64,000 bases of DNA, from positions 192,001-256,000 of the IMG/VR virus record IMGVR_UViG_3300037067_027616; one strand, written 5' to 3'. A program made the translations under genes and the position numbers. The notes below the pieces were generated by a model. It did no database searches and had not been told where the DNA came from. It saw only the letters and a list, made by a program, of their open reading frames with translations. Below, piece after piece: positions 43,630 to 54,043 of this stretch. Position 1 is the first letter of the stretch. Each line of letters begins with the position of its first letter. Source of the stretch: a virus (Duplodnaviria; Caudoviricetes).

Positions 43630-44733
43630 CTAATTGAGACTGTTCAATATGTCATCTATGTCGAGCTCCGCCTCCTCCGGGCCCTTCTTAGGCGGCGGCT
43701 TGTCCACAGGCGCCACTACGGCCGCCTTTGGTTTGGCCTCCTCCTTTTTTTCAATTATTACCTTTCCACTTTTTACATCGGATGGTGACCCTTCAGACTT
43801 TGCCACAGGAGGGGCCGCAGATGGAGCGTGCGGCTCGTCCAATACATCGCCGAGGTCTATTTCAAGACCCGTCACCACTGACCCTCCGCCGCCTTTTACG
43901 GCAGCCTCCGTCGTGCTTGGGTCGCTGTTTTTTGTTTTGGCGACCTCTTTGCCGACCGCCGATTGAGCAGGTCCGACATCATTTTCCTCGCCATCACCCG
44001 CAGGGGTGGTTTCTTGGTCACCCATTTCCTCCGGGTCATCGGTTAGGAATGATGCCATTGAATCAACTTCATCTCCAGACTCGCTACCAACCTCTTCAGG
44101 GGCGGGATCCGTTTTTATTTGGGTCGCCTCTTCAGACAGGCCGTCCGGCTTGTCCAGATCGATTCCTTCAGATGAAGATGCTACATCGTCCGGTGTAAGT
44201 TCGTCTTCCAACTGCTCAACCTCGCTGAGTCCAGCCATGAGGCCACTGACTTCCTTGTCAGTTCTGCTCCCGACGTTGAGCTTGAATATCTGTTGCTCCA
44301 TGATCCGCATGAGCACGCGTATGTCTGAATTCGTTGTTTTCAAATTCTGGTGAACAAGACGCACCGAGGAAAGAAGGTTTTGAAGTTCGATGACATCATT
44401 CTCAAGTGCAAGGACACGTTCGTGGTCAGCTTGCAACTTCTCATCGGCGGCGGCCTCGCGTTCTTTACCTGTTGGTATCTTTTTGATAACGGGGTCGTTG
44501 ACAAGGAGTCCGCGCTTCTTGACTTCTAAGCGCATCTGCTCCAACTTGAGGTCCCTCTCTTTTATGGAAAACTCGCGGGTAACCTCTATGATGCGTTTTT
44601 CGATAGTGCGCATCGCGTTACTGCACTCGAGGATTTTCTCCTGAAGGTACGCCGGCGTGGGGATGTCTTCAAAATCGAGGTCTAACCTGAGTTTCAAAAT
44701 CTGATCATAGATCGTTCCCGTGTCAATCGGCAT
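43630..44733 (-). CDS. Coiled-coil protein with acidic disordered tail
   Basis: 367-aa ORF. Confidence 0.7.
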   Translation of the reverse strand: MPIDTGTIYDQILKLRLDLDFEDIPTPAYLQEKILECSNAMRTIEKRIIEVTREFSIKERDLKLEQMRLEVKKRGLLVNDPVIKKIPTGKEREAAADEKLQADHERVLALENDVIELQNLLSSVRLVHQNLKTTNSDIRVLMRIMEQQIFKLNVGSRTDKEVSGLMAGLSEVEQLEDELTPDDVASSSEGIDLDKPDGLSEEATQIKTDPAPEEVGSESGDEVDSMASFLTDDPEEMGDQETTPAGDGEENDVGPAQSAVGKEVAKTKNSDPSTTEAAVKGGGGSVVTGLEIDLGDVLDEPHAPSAAPPVAKSEGSPSDVKSGKVIIEKKEEAKPKAAVVAPVDKPPPKKGPEEAELDIDDILNSLN

Positions 44734-44827
44734 GGGTCATTCTCCTGTTCCAAAAACGTTGAAACGTTGTACTGAAAACTTTAGTGCCTACTAAACCAAT
44801 ATACTACCGTGCACGGACGGATTAAAG

Positions 44828-45229
44828 CTATTTCTGCATCTCCAATTGCACTATCCTGAACCCCTGCTCCGGACAGGTTTTGCTAATCCTGTTAAGGAAG
44901 GCTACGGCATCAGGGTCATCAAGGTCACCCATGAAATGAACCTCACGGACATCCGTGGCATACAGAACCTTAAAGTCTTCCAAGGACGGAAATTTTGAGC
45001 ATATCAGAACAGGATCACCCCTGTGGTGTCCTCCTTCCACGTCCTGCAGGATCGCCTCTACTACCGCTGACGTGCTTATGTCATCTTGACCGGGTATATC
45101 ACCTGAAGAGCATACGGCGGTCAGCTTCTCTCCTCGTACGACAGCAGCAGCCGAAGGCTTTCGGCATTTTGATAATCCTCTGGCTTCGAGAACAATGCGC
45201 GCAATGTTATCCCTTGTTCGTTGGTCCAT
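44828..45229 (-). CDS. Degenerate cytidine/dCMP deaminase-fold protein
   Basis: SKCRKPSAAAVV N-terminus; HAE and PCxxC not intact. Confidence 0.45.
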   Translation of the reverse strand: MDQRTRDNIARIVLEARGLSKCRKPSAAAVVRGEKLTAVCSSGDIPGQDDISTSAVVEAILQDVEGGHHRGDPVLICSKFPSLEDFKVLYATDVREVHFMGDLDDPDAVAFLNRISKTCPEQGFRIVQLEMQK

Positions 45230-47406
45230 GACCGTATCCTCTCCGCGAACATGGTGTTTCGCCTCTGTATTTTGTCATTTGCTATGGCCGCTTCCAAGGC
45301 ACTCGCCTGCCCGAGTATAATGACCTTCCTTTTTGCCCTGGTCATGGCCGTATAAAGTAAATTCCTCTGCAGGAGCATCTTACCATGTGCCTTTAAGAAG
45401 GGCATTATAACTAACGGGTATTCAAGGCCTTGAGCACGATGAACAGTTATCGCGTATGCCATCTTGATCATCTCGTCGGCTATTTTCATAGGGATGTCAA
45501 CCCTGCGGGTGGCATCCCCATAATCCTCGATATCAACAGTAACGTGATCCGGCGTGACGAATGCCACTTTCCCTATGTCGCCGTTGAAAATCTCGAGTTC
45601 GTAATTGTTCTTGCGTATGATGACCCGGTCACCTTTACGTATGGTCGTTCTCCCGATGGTAAACTCTTTCTTGTCGGGGGCCGGGGGGTTGAGTGCCGCT
45701 TGAAGGGCGGTGTTCAAGGAATCCACACTCAACGGGCCTTCATTACGCGGAGTGATTATCTGAAAATGCTTCTTATCGTCCGATACGCGGTTGTGTTGCA
45801 TGAGTTCTTCAGCAAATTTCACCACGGTCCGCTCCACGCGCTCATGATCCTTGTCCCGTATGAACCAAATATCGGCCGACTTTTCAGATTTGAACAAGGA
45901 CAAATCCAAATCTCCATCGCGAACTTTCTTTGCCGCTTTTATGATGTCGGACTGCTTGTCCTGCCTGAAGATAGTGTCAAGGAAGATGGTTTTAATTTGT
46001 TTGCTGTCAATAAGCTCCCGTAGAACAGAACCGGGACCTACGGAGGGAAGCTGGTCATTGTCACCTACAAACACCAATTTCGTTGAGGGATTCAAGGCAG
46101 ACATAAGCCTGTAGAACACCTCTTGATCTACCATCGAGGTCTCATCAACAATAACTGCCTGCGTAGGGTACTTCACCACGGCGTTGTAGTCCCAATGTGT
46201 ACCTTTGTAGCCAAGTCTGCGGTGTATTGTGTAGGCGGGGTAGCCTGAAGTTGTACCGAGCTTCTTGGCGCTTATACCCGTAGGCGTCAAAAGTTCAAAA
46301 GAGGCATTGAGGAGCTTGAGAATGGTCACAAGCCCCTTGACCACGGTGGTTTTACCCGTGCCTGGGTTTCCTGTGATAACAAGAACCTTTTCTGACAAAA
46401 AAGACCTGATGGCTTCCTTTTGAGCCTCTGAAAGTTCTATACCTTCCAAGTGTTCGTATTTTACAATGAACTCCTCCCCTTTTACCGAACCAAACTTGAG
46501 GGATCCGGGGGTGACCATGATCCGGTGCAGGAGCCGCGCCGACTCATTCTCGTAAAAGAACAATGAGAGGTCATATATGCGGTTACCGTCAACCACAGCG
46601 CTTCCATCTGAAGACAGCGTGGCTATATGCGGGGCAATGTCGTCCCAAGTTATATCCCCGTCCTTCAAGGGCCACGGATGTCCGCGGTTGTATGCATTGT
46701 ATGTTGTAACGAAATCGTTCTGCAATAAAAAGAGGTGTCCTGACGAGGCACACTGCCGCAATGCATGAAGGGCGAGGCTCTTCCAACGGGTAGGATCCGT
46801 ACGTTCCTTCCCAAGTTTTTCTGCTATGCTATCGCACGTGCTGAACCCAAAACCGTGTTCGATGAGCCGCCACGGGTTGTCTTTCAGTATTTTTTCGCTG
46901 TCCGGACCATACGATGTCAGCACTTTTCGTATTTTAGATTCAGTGAGTCCAAGACTGTGCAAAAAAATCTGAACGTCTTTCAAATTCTTGTTCGCAGACC
47001 ATGCTTCTACGATGCTTCTGGCTATTTTTTCTCCGATACCCTCGACTTCGGCGAGCCTTTCAGGACATTGCTCGATTATTTCTTCGAGTTTTGGCCCAAA
47101 ATGCTTCACGAGGATAACTGACCTCTCTGGTCCTATCCATTTTGCAATGGCTTGAAGATACAGGCACATACTGTTTGGAGATCCATCATGACAGTGCGTG
47201 TAGGCACTTGCCTTGAACCCCACACCATATTTAGGGTGCGTGCGGAAGGCACCATGCACCTCTATGGCAGCACCCGGCACGAGGTGCGAAAACTCACCTG
47301 TGACGGATATGAGTGCTCTATCCCGCCGCCGAAGTTGAAAAACCTTGAAGTCGCTGGACTCGGAAGCGAAAAGCACCCTGTTAACGGTGCCCTTTATAGT
47401 TTCCAA
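45121..47406 (-). CDS. recD2: RecD2-like SF1B helicase
   Basis: HPKYG, HhH, TGNPGTGKTT, VDETSM, GDNDQLPSVG, AYAITVHRAQG, LYTAMTRAK. Confidence 0.93.
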   Translation of the reverse strand: METIKGTVNRVLFASESSDFKVFQLRRRDRALISVTGEFSHLVPGAAIEVHGAFRTHPKYGVGFKASAYTHCHDGSPNSMCLYLQAIAKWIGPERSVILVKHFGPKLEEIIEQCPERLAEVEGIGEKIARSIVEAWSANKNLKDVQIFLHSLGLTESKIRKVLTSYGPDSEKILKDNPWRLIEHGFGFSTCDSIAEKLGKERTDPTRWKSLALHALRQCASSGHLFLLQNDFVTTYNAYNRGHPWPLKDGDITWDDIAPHIATLSSDGSAVVDGNRIYDLSLFFYENESARLLHRIMVTPGSLKFGSVKGEEFIVKYEHLEGIELSEAQKEAIRSFLSEKVLVITGNPGTGKTTVVKGLVTILKLLNASFELLTPTGISAKKLGTTSGYPAYTIHRRLGYKGTHWDYNAVVKYPTQAVIVDETSMVDQEVFYRLMSALNPSTKLVFVGDNDQLPSVGPGSVLRELIDSKQIKTIFLDTIFRQDKQSDIIKAAKKVRDGDLDLSLFKSEKSADIWFIRDKDHERVERTVVKFAEELMQHNRVSDDKKHFQIITPRNEGPLSVDSLNTALQAALNPPAPDKKEFTIGRTTIRKGDRVIIRKNNYELEIFNGDIGKVAFVTPDHVTVDIEDYGDATRRVDIPMKIADEMIKMAYAITVHRAQGLEYPLVIMPFLKAHGKMLLQRNLLYTAMTRAKRKVIILGQASALEAAIANDKIQRRNTMFAERIRSWTNEQGITLRALFSKPEDYQNAESLRLLLSYEERS

Positions 47407-47407
47407 A

Positions 47408-47632
47408 CTATTTACCTTTTCTGAATATTACTTTGTACCCCGCGCCAGCGAGGTTGAAGAAAAGAAGAAGAATGGCGGCCACTGACACTGTGTATATCAC
47501 AGCCACATAAACGGACGTGATGGTTTCGAGCATCGACATGAGTTTGTCGTTCTTCAATGCCCAGATGGCAGCTGCAGTAACCACGACCAACCACGGACAG
47601 GCGAGAAGCAGACCAAACAAAACATTCTTCAT
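47408..47632 (-). CDS. Small two-TM membrane protein
   Basis: Two hydrophobic segments. Confidence 0.6.
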   Translation of the reverse strand: MKNVLFGLLLACPWLVVVTAAAIWALKNDKLMSMLETITSVYVAVIYTVSVAAILLLFFNLAGAGYKVIFRKGK

Positions 47633-49629
47633 GATACCCGGCTCCTTTTTATATATTTGTCAATTCTTGAACCTATCCAAGACATCACAGTCACTGCCAT
47701 ACTATTTCCGATCGCTTTATATCTAGGTCCATCGGGACAGAGATCCGCCGGCTTGCCTTTCCATGATATTTTTGTGTATCCGCGAGGGAATCCCATTAAA
47801 GCCTCACATTCCTCCGGAGTTAGGCGCCTGACACAAAACGATTCAGGCGTACGTGCGAGCAACAATGGATCTTGGTCACCTCTGTCAGCTTCTTTGGTCA
47901 GTGGTGGGCAGACATTTGATGGCGCCCCGTCTTTATCTCGCGTGTAATGACTTGGTTTGAACGATACAGTTTCCGTATCAGCCATTGCCACAGCGTTGAC
48001 GTGAGCGCACGACAAAGTGTGCATGGGGTCACCTTCATCCCCCACACCAACACCTTGTCTGTTCATTTCGTCTTTTTTATCCGGGTCACGTCCTGCGTTT
48101 CTCATGTCGATAGGGTAGACGGCATGTGTACCATGACCGGGGTGTGTACCTGGGGCTACGCACGGCGCCTGCTCCTCGGAAAAACCAATACCTTCTGCTT
48201 TTTGAGAAAGGTCACAACCGTACGCAACGCCTTGGGTCGCTGCAGCATCTATCGTGTAGCTTACACCATCTTCATTCCATCCACGACCGTTCTGTTTTTT
48301 GTCCATTACCCGGACGTCTTGGAGCGCTATGACATGTGGTATGGCATTGATACACATTCCGCGTTCGTCACCCATACCGCCGGCCTGCAGACTCATAGCT
48401 GTTTCTCCCACAGTTCCATTTCTAATATCACAAGCCATTGGTTCAGCTGTTTTGTTATTTTCAAGGCAACAAACTGCTTGACCTCTATCGCTCATAGGAT
48501 TGGCAGGGATGGTGAATGCCAAATCTTCACTCACACTGACACCGGGGTCGTCTCTGTCACCATTGAGTTGCATCACCACCGCCGGCGGGTGAGCAGTGGA
48601 AGCTATAGGGTGACACGGATCCCCTTCTTTCGGGTGACTATAATTTAACGCCGATGTTATCTGTGTCGTGTCAAATGGAAGAACCCTTCTGACAGGTATC
48701 AAGTTTTGCGTTTCGTTGTGGGGTGTCCATCCTTGGCTTACCCCGGGGAATTTGGAAGTCAGTGTAGCCGCAGTTTCGTTTATAGGTTCTGGCCTCATCA
48801 CAAGTGGAAGATTGTTTCCACCTGTACCGGCTTTTGCATTCAACTGTGGGCAGACACTGACTTCTTTTATACGACTGTCTTGCCCATGGTTCTCGTAGAC
48901 GGTTACTGTTTCATCTCCTTGGCCGCGTATTCCAGAGCCATTTTCAGTTGTGGGGGCAACGTTTTTCCACGGCGTTCTGATCGGCGGAGTATCCCGGCGG
49001 CAGCTTTCCCACTCAAATAAAATTTCTTGGGGATGGAACCAATCTCGAGGACCTGAGATAAGGAACACACGCTTGCGGCGTTGGGCCAGATTGAAATATT
49101 GGGCATCGAGGCATCTCCACGCGGCTGACCTTTGGGGTCCAAGCACAAAACCAGCGTCCTTCCACCTTCCCCCTGGCGGCTCAAGTGGCACATCTTCTCC
49201 GACAAGTGCTCCCAAAAGACATCCGAAGGCATTGTCTTTTGTGCTGAGGACTCCTGGGACGTTTTCCCAGACGGTGATGACTCCCGGCTCTCCTCGAACA
49301 AGTCGTACGTCGTCAATTGCATTGGCTATCCTCACATAAGTTAAGGCCAAATTTCCTCGAGCATCCCCAAGGGATTCCCTAGTTCCCGCAATAGAAAAAC
49401 TTTGGCATGGAGTCCCCCCTACAAGTACCTCTGGTGCAACGACTTGTGAGGTTTTTATAAGGTTCTCTAATTGGTTAATATCACCGAGATCTGGTACGCC
49501 CGGGTAGTGTTGCGCGAGCACGGCTTTCGGGAACGCCTCTATTTCGGAAAACCACGCGGGTTCCCACCCAAGATCGTGCCAAGCCACGGTAGCGGCTTCT
49601 ATACCACTGCACACGCTTCCGTATCTCAT
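47629..49629 (-). CDS. dcm: C5 cytosine DNA methyltransferase with long variable region
   Basis: SVCSGIEA, GGTPCQ, WENVPG, QRRKRVF, RRLTPEECE, GNS. Confidence 0.93.
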   Translation of the reverse strand: MRYGSVCSGIEAATVAWHDLGWEPAWFSEIEAFPKAVLAQHYPGVPDLGDINQLENLIKTSQVVAPEVLVGGTPCQSFSIAGTRESLGDARGNLALTYVRIANAIDDVRLVRGEPGVITVWENVPGVLSTKDNAFGCLLGALVGEDVPLEPPGGRWKDAGFVLGPQRSAAWRCLDAQYFNLAQRRKRVFLISGPRDWFHPQEILFEWESCRRDTPPIRTPWKNVAPTTENGSGIRGQGDETVTVYENHGQDSRIKEVSVCPQLNAKAGTGGNNLPLVMRPEPINETAATLTSKFPGVSQGWTPHNETQNLIPVRRVLPFDTTQITSALNYSHPKEGDPCHPIASTAHPPAVVMQLNGDRDDPGVSVSEDLAFTIPANPMSDRGQAVCCLENNKTAEPMACDIRNGTVGETAMSLQAGGMGDERGMCINAIPHVIALQDVRVMDKKQNGRGWNEDGVSYTIDAAATQGVAYGCDLSQKAEGIGFSEEQAPCVAPGTHPGHGTHAVYPIDMRNAGRDPDKKDEMNRQGVGVGDEGDPMHTLSCAHVNAVAMADTETVSFKPSHYTRDKDGAPSNVCPPLTKEADRGDQDPLLLARTPESFCVRRLTPEECEALMGFPRGYTKISWKGKPADLCPDGPRYKAIGNSMAVTVMSWIGSRIDKYIKRSRVS

Positions 49630-49997
49630 TTACCTGTTTTACCTTTCTTGGCCTTGTCGGCGACACCTTTTTCAGGTTCTACTTGAATAAAGGACGCCTC
49701 TTTTTCAAACTGTTTAGCCACAAGGTAGTTCAAGGTTGAATTAACCATCCGGACCTCTAACAGGGCGTGGTCAAGCATCTCGTCAAACAGTTTGGCCCTT
49801 CTGGAGGAAACCTTATGTGACGATGAAGCATCTATAACTGCCGCCAACCCTGTAAGCATGTCAGAAACAAATTCTGCCTTTTTAGAAATAAGAACCTTAA
49901 TGTCCCTGGATATGCCTTCAGAACTGAAGGTAAGGGCTGTGTTCTTCAAAAGCATCTCGTTATACTGATCTATTTTTTCCCGAATTTCATCAGCCAT
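49626..49997 (-). CDS. Hypothetical protein
   Basis: First gene after a TATATT promoter; start MADEI. Confidence 0.65.
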   Translation of the reverse strand: MADEIREKIDQYNEMLLKNTALTFSSEGISRDIKVLISKKAEFVSDMLTGLAAVIDASSSHKVSSRRAKLFDEMLDHALLEVRMVNSTLNYLVAKQFEKEASFIQVEPEKGVADKAKKGKTGK

Positions 49998-50147
49998 GGT
50001 GACCCCTTCAAGATTGACCTTCCTACACAATATACTAACGGTTTGCGGATTTTTAACAAAAACCTGAAATAGTCACCCCCCTCCCTCTCCCCGTAATAAG
50101 ATAGATCTTTACGAAGTAAAGAGATATCTGTTTGCTCCGAAGGAGCA

Positions 50148-50183
50148 ACAGAAGAAACTACTGATACCATAGCCAATACAGAA
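50148..50183. repeat. 36-bp exact direct repeat, copy 1
   Basis: ACAGAAGAAACTACTGATACCATAGCCAATACAGAA. Confidence 0.9.
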
Positions 50184-50262
50184 GGGGGGAAGACTGAATG
50201 TTAATCTTTAGGATCCAAGCATTATATTATAATGGTGAACATCAATCCTTACGGAGGGGCCA

Positions 50263-50628
50263 ATGATTATTGTAGTGACGTCACCTGATAAGATTTCCAT
50301 CAACATGTTTGTGGACTATGTAATGAAACAATCCATAAAGGATTCAGTTTTCATAAACTTGAACGGACTTTTGTCAGAAGACGCCCTCATGCTTATAGTG
50401 AATGATGCTTTTAACAGGCATCCGAGTAAAGATATCATATTCAAGCACAAGACAAATAAAAAATATGTCCCCGCGAAGATACCAAAGGCCCTTTTTGAAA
50501 AGGCTGATTCCATAATAGGTTTTGGACTATACAGCAACCATGCTGAAGTAGTGAAATCCTTCCAAGGGTGGACGGATTCTGTGGTGTCTTCTTATCACAG
50601 TTACATTGAAAATATGAACAAGGTTTAG
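50263..50628 (+). CDS. Hypothetical protein
   Basis: 121-aa ORF with GGAGG SD. Confidence 0.7.
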   Translation: MIIVVTSPDKISINMFVDYVMKQSIKDSVFINLNGLLSEDALMLIVNDAFNRHPSKDIIFKHKTNKKYVPAKIPKALFEKADSIIGFGLYSNHAEVVKSFQGWTDSVVSSYHSYIENMNKV

Positions 50629-50692
50629 CCTGCTAAAAATTATCTTCAAATAAAAGGTTAAAAAAGAAATGTGCAATAGTATATTCATATTC

Positions 50693-50985
50693 GTGACAGT
50701 CGGAGTTTTCAGGTGCCAGACATAACACCTGTCTGTTTGTCACAGATTCATCGTTGCCGCTTACCCGCTATGGTAGCCGGAGCCGAAGGATCCCTGGTAA
50801 GGGTCATAGGTGAAAGCAAGCGGCGGGGAAGGATTGCCGGAAGGGGGCCTGCGGCTACGAAAATATCCTCGCCACTCCCAATTGCGGGAGGGTTTGAATT
50901 GCCCTCAGGACGCTTCCCCGAGCGGGGAGGAGCCGTAGGCCTTAAGCCGTAAGAAGTTGTCTTTTAACTACTTACGACGGACGAC
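50693..50985 (+). ncRNA. Candidate ~290-nt multi-hairpin RNA
   Basis: Follows TATATT at 50680..50685; many nested complementary segments. Confidence 0.5.
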
Positions 50986-51000
50986 AAAATGGAAAAAATC

Positions 51001-51036
51001 ACAGAAGAAACTACTGATACCATAGCCAATACAGAA
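51001..51036. repeat. 36-bp exact direct repeat, copy 2
   Basis: Identical to 50148..50183. Confidence 0.9.
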
Positions 51037-51103
51037 AAAATCGAATTTGTTTGGTCATCGACCAGACACCAAAAGTTTGATAATCGATCTTGGAGTCCCA
51101 CCT

Positions 51104-52099
51104 ATGTTTGATAGAATAGTTGGACATAGGGAAGTGTTGTCCATGCTTCGAAAAATGTTGATTGACCGTAGTCCTGATGGAGTTTACCTTTTTCAAGGAC
51201 CAAAGTCAATCGGCAAACACACAGTCGCGCGTGAATACGCGCGACTGTCCGTGTGTTCCGGGACTATGGAACAAGGTTGCGCCTGCGACAATTGTCGTTT
51301 GTGGCCTTCGGTTCCAGACTATTTATCCATAAATGACAGTCAGAAAGTCTTTAAGGTTGATGACGCAAAGTCTGTAGATACTTTTCTGTCCCTTGTTCCT
51401 TATTCGGCGCCACGTCGGGCTGTCGTCATAGATGATGCCGATAGAATGAACAAACAGGCTTCCTATAGTCTTCTTAATACACTTGAGGAAGCAGGGGACA
51501 GGTCGGTAGTGATACTCGTGAGCAGTGATGAAAATCGGATACCGATGCCGATCGTTTCAAGATGTATCCCTGTGCAATTTGGTCCACTCTCACAGCAGGA
51601 GGTTTCCGACATTCTCTCCATGCAAGGCCATCCCCGCATGTCTGTCGAGGACGTTTGCAGGGCTATGCCGTGTTTCAGCAGTAGTGTACTGAGGGATTTT
51701 ACGTCATATGCTTCCTACATGAAGAAGATGCCTTCCATCTTGAAATCAATGTCGAGTGGATCCGATGAGGATGCCCTTCAATCAGCTTCAGAAGCAAATG
51801 AAGCCGGTCATTCTGTGCATTTCACGGAATCCATGGTTTCCATGTTGTGTGACATTATTAAGACACACTATGATCGCCCAGAAGCGGTCGCGAGTCTGTC
51901 CATGGCTAAAGAAATAGAGGTGTTGACTGAAACTTGGTCGGACGAGGTCTGCATAGCATCGTGTGCCAGGCTCGGAGATGTGCTTGATGCCGCGCGATCT
52001 CCTTTAAATTTGAAGGTAGGCCCGAGGCTCCTTTCTGCTGTTTCCTGGATGTCCCTTTATGTTTCACAGTCTTTGGCGAGAAAAAGGATGGTCAAGTGA
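51104..52099 (+). CDS. holB: DNA polymerase III delta-prime-like clamp loader subunit
   Basis: MFDRIVGH, YLFQGPKSIGK, Cys cluster, IDDADRM, LLNTLEE, IVSRC. Confidence 0.85.
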   Translation: MFDRIVGHREVLSMLRKMLIDRSPDGVYLFQGPKSIGKHTVAREYARLSVCSGTMEQGCACDNCRLWPSVPDYLSINDSQKVFKVDDAKSVDTFLSLVPYSAPRRAVVIDDADRMNKQASYSLLNTLEEAGDRSVVILVSSDENRIPMPIVSRCIPVQFGPLSQQEVSDILSMQGHPRMSVEDVCRAMPCFSSSVLRDFTSYASYMKKMPSILKSMSSGSDEDALQSASEANEAGHSVHFTESMVSMLCDIIKTHYDRPEAVASLSMAKEIEVLTETWSDEVCIASCARLGDVLDAARSPLNLKVGPRLLSAVSWMSLYVSQSLARKRMVK

Positions 52100-53031
52100 G
52101 TACCTGTGGTAAGATGATAGCATCCGGCAAGCGAAGATTCCTTGTAGATGCAAAAGAACCATCGCTCGTGCCAGACCTTCTGGATTCGTTAAGACAGGAG
52201 TTCCCGGGATGCAGACTGTCCATACATGAGGACCCCTTGTCATTTTCGTCCGCGTCCATGGCGGGGGACATGTTCCTCGGGGACGGTATGAAGATTACAG
52301 TTCTTTGGGATTTGTCTGAAGAATCTATGAAGTCGTTGGAGTCCATCCTCGATTTCACGTCAGATGATGTCCTCATGGTAGTGCAACGTAAGTCAATTCC
52401 CAAGGGGCGCCTGTACACGAGAATGAAAGCTGAATGGGAGGTCATCACACTCGAACCCCTTGATGACCGGGCGTGTGAAGCGTATGCTGCGGCTGCTTTG
52501 AAGAAAATTGGATGTAAATTTTCCCCTGAAGTACCTTCTGTCATAACCGATAGAAGGGGGCGGGATTTGCCGGCCATCAGGAATGAGGTAAAAAAATTTT
52601 CACTCCTTGGCAAGCCAATCGACAAGGATACGGCCGCCAAGTTGGTGTGTGGTAAGGAGAGCGTGAAGGTTTTTGATCTGGCGGACGCTGTGTTGCGGCG
52701 CAGATGGTCACAGTCCTGTGCTTTGGCGGCGACACTCCCGGAGAATGACTTGATAGGGTTCTTACATGCTGTCCAGACGCAGTGCACGAAGCTTTACAAG
52801 GCGGCGTCACTTAAGGAACAGGGTATGGCGCCGGATGACATCGCCAGCATGCTTGAAGTTCCTGCGTATATAGCCAAGACAAAGATAGTACCTCTTGCAT
52901 TGCAAATGGGGCGCAACAGGATACTGAAGATGATCGATGCCGTCCACGCCGCCGATGTTACCGCCAGGACATCGAGGATCCCAAAACGTCTTTTGATGGA
53001 GAGTGTGGTTATCAAGTTGTTAAAATCATAG
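52096..53031 (+). CDS. holA: DNA polymerase III delta-like subunit
   Basis: GRDLPAIRNEVKKF, VFDLADAV; follows holB. Confidence 0.7.
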   Translation: MSTCGKMIASGKRRFLVDAKEPSLVPDLLDSLRQEFPGCRLSIHEDPLSFSSASMAGDMFLGDGMKITVLWDLSEESMKSLESILDFTSDDVLMVVQRKSIPKGRLYTRMKAEWEVITLEPLDDRACEAYAAAALKKIGCKFSPEVPSVITDRRGRDLPAIRNEVKKFSLLGKPIDKDTAAKLVCGKESVKVFDLADAVLRRRWSQSCALAATLPENDLIGFLHAVQTQCTKLYKAASLKEQGMAPDDIASMLEVPAYIAKTKIVPLALQMGRNRILKMIDAVHAADVTARTSRIPKRLLMESVVIKLLKS

Positions 53032-53039
53032 AGGGACCT

Positions 53040-53444
53040 ATGAAAAACGATTTATCTGAAGACAAGGAACCGGGCCTAGAAGAAATATTCTCGCTCGATG
53101 AAGATAATGATAGTACAAAAGTCATGCCCCATTGTATGGTGAGCGTGGATTACAAGAACCGTGTGCATCTTCTATCCATTTTGAATGAGGATGATACCCA
53201 AGTTAGAAAATTCTTATGCAGTGATTTTTTGGAGTACTTTGATGATGAAATAGAGGTTTGGGGGGATAAAGAACCGGGCCTGTATGTCGCAGATTTTTGG
53301 ATTAATTCTTGGCAGGATAATAACCCAGACAGTTGTGATTGGAATGCAGAGTTGGTGTCGTACAATGTTGAATGCCTGTGGAAGGTCTCTGATAAGAATT
53401 CTATTACCCCCACACCTACTAAAGGGAAGCATGTTTATCCATGA
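53040..53444 (+). CDS. Acidic hypothetical protein
   Basis: 134-aa ORF. Confidence 0.6.
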   Translation: MKNDLSEDKEPGLEEIFSLDEDNDSTKVMPHCMVSVDYKNRVHLLSILNEDDTQVRKFLCSDFLEYFDDEIEVWGDKEPGLYVADFWINSWQDNNPDSCDWNAELVSYNVECLWKVSDKNSITPTPTKGKHVYP

Positions 53445-54004
53445 CTACCGAGCAGAAACTTTACAGAACTATATTGGCTGACCCGCCGTGGTCATATGAC
53501 AACAAGCGCACGGGTGGTAATCTCAAAAGCGGATCGTCCCAAAAATATGGCACCTTGACCGTGCGACAGATACGTGCCATCCCGGTGCAAACGATCGCGC
53601 ACCCGGATTCCTGTTTGCTCCTGTGGGTAACCATGCCGTTCCTTCCTGAAGGTTTGTTGGTCATGGAGTCTTGGGGGTACAAATACAAGGCCTCCGTGGT
53701 ATGGGAGAAGGTTGGGAGGCTTGGCATGGGGTTCTGGTTCAGGTGCCAGACAGAGATATGCCTTGTCGGCTCCAAAGGAAAGGCGAAGCCTTTTCACTGC
53801 CAGTCTCGCAACATCATCCACGCCCCATCCCCAGGTCACAGTTGCAAGCCGGACGAGTTCTTCAAGCTTGTGGAACCCGTCACCCCAGAACCCCGTTTGG
53901 AGATGTTCGGAAGGCTCCGGCATCCAGGGTGGGATATATGGGGTGACCAGGCAGATGGTGGATCTGATGTTGCTATAGAAGTTCCTTTTTTGGCCGAAAA
54001 ATGA
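53441..54004 (+). CDS. MT-A70 family adenine methyltransferase
   Basis: ILADPPW, LLLWVT, HSCKP, LEMFGR, GWDIWG. Confidence 0.9.
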   Translation: MTTEQKLYRTILADPPWSYDNKRTGGNLKSGSSQKYGTLTVRQIRAIPVQTIAHPDSCLLLWVTMPFLPEGLLVMESWGYKYKASVVWEKVGRLGMGFWFRCQTEICLVGSKGKAKPFHCQSRNIIHAPSPGHSCKPDEFFKLVEPVTPEPRLEMFGRLRHPGWDIWGDQADGGSDVAIEVPFLAEK

Positions 54005-54043
54005 TAACCTTTTCATTGTAGAATCTATTTAAGCGCGTAAGGT

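Noticed and set aside
48903-49322. Protein-like antisense ORF inside dcm
   Set aside because: It lies opposite conserved methyltransferase motifs, which can explain it; no independent expression evidence.
50693-50985. tmRNA or RNase P RNA identity
   Set aside because: No GGGG 5' end or T-arm/CCA end, and no GAGGAAAGTCC-type P4 motif.
50148-51036. CRISPR array from the 36-bp repeat
   Set aside because: Only two copies, 853 bp apart, with no spacer periodicity; the Cas4-like nuclease sits in a recombination operon.
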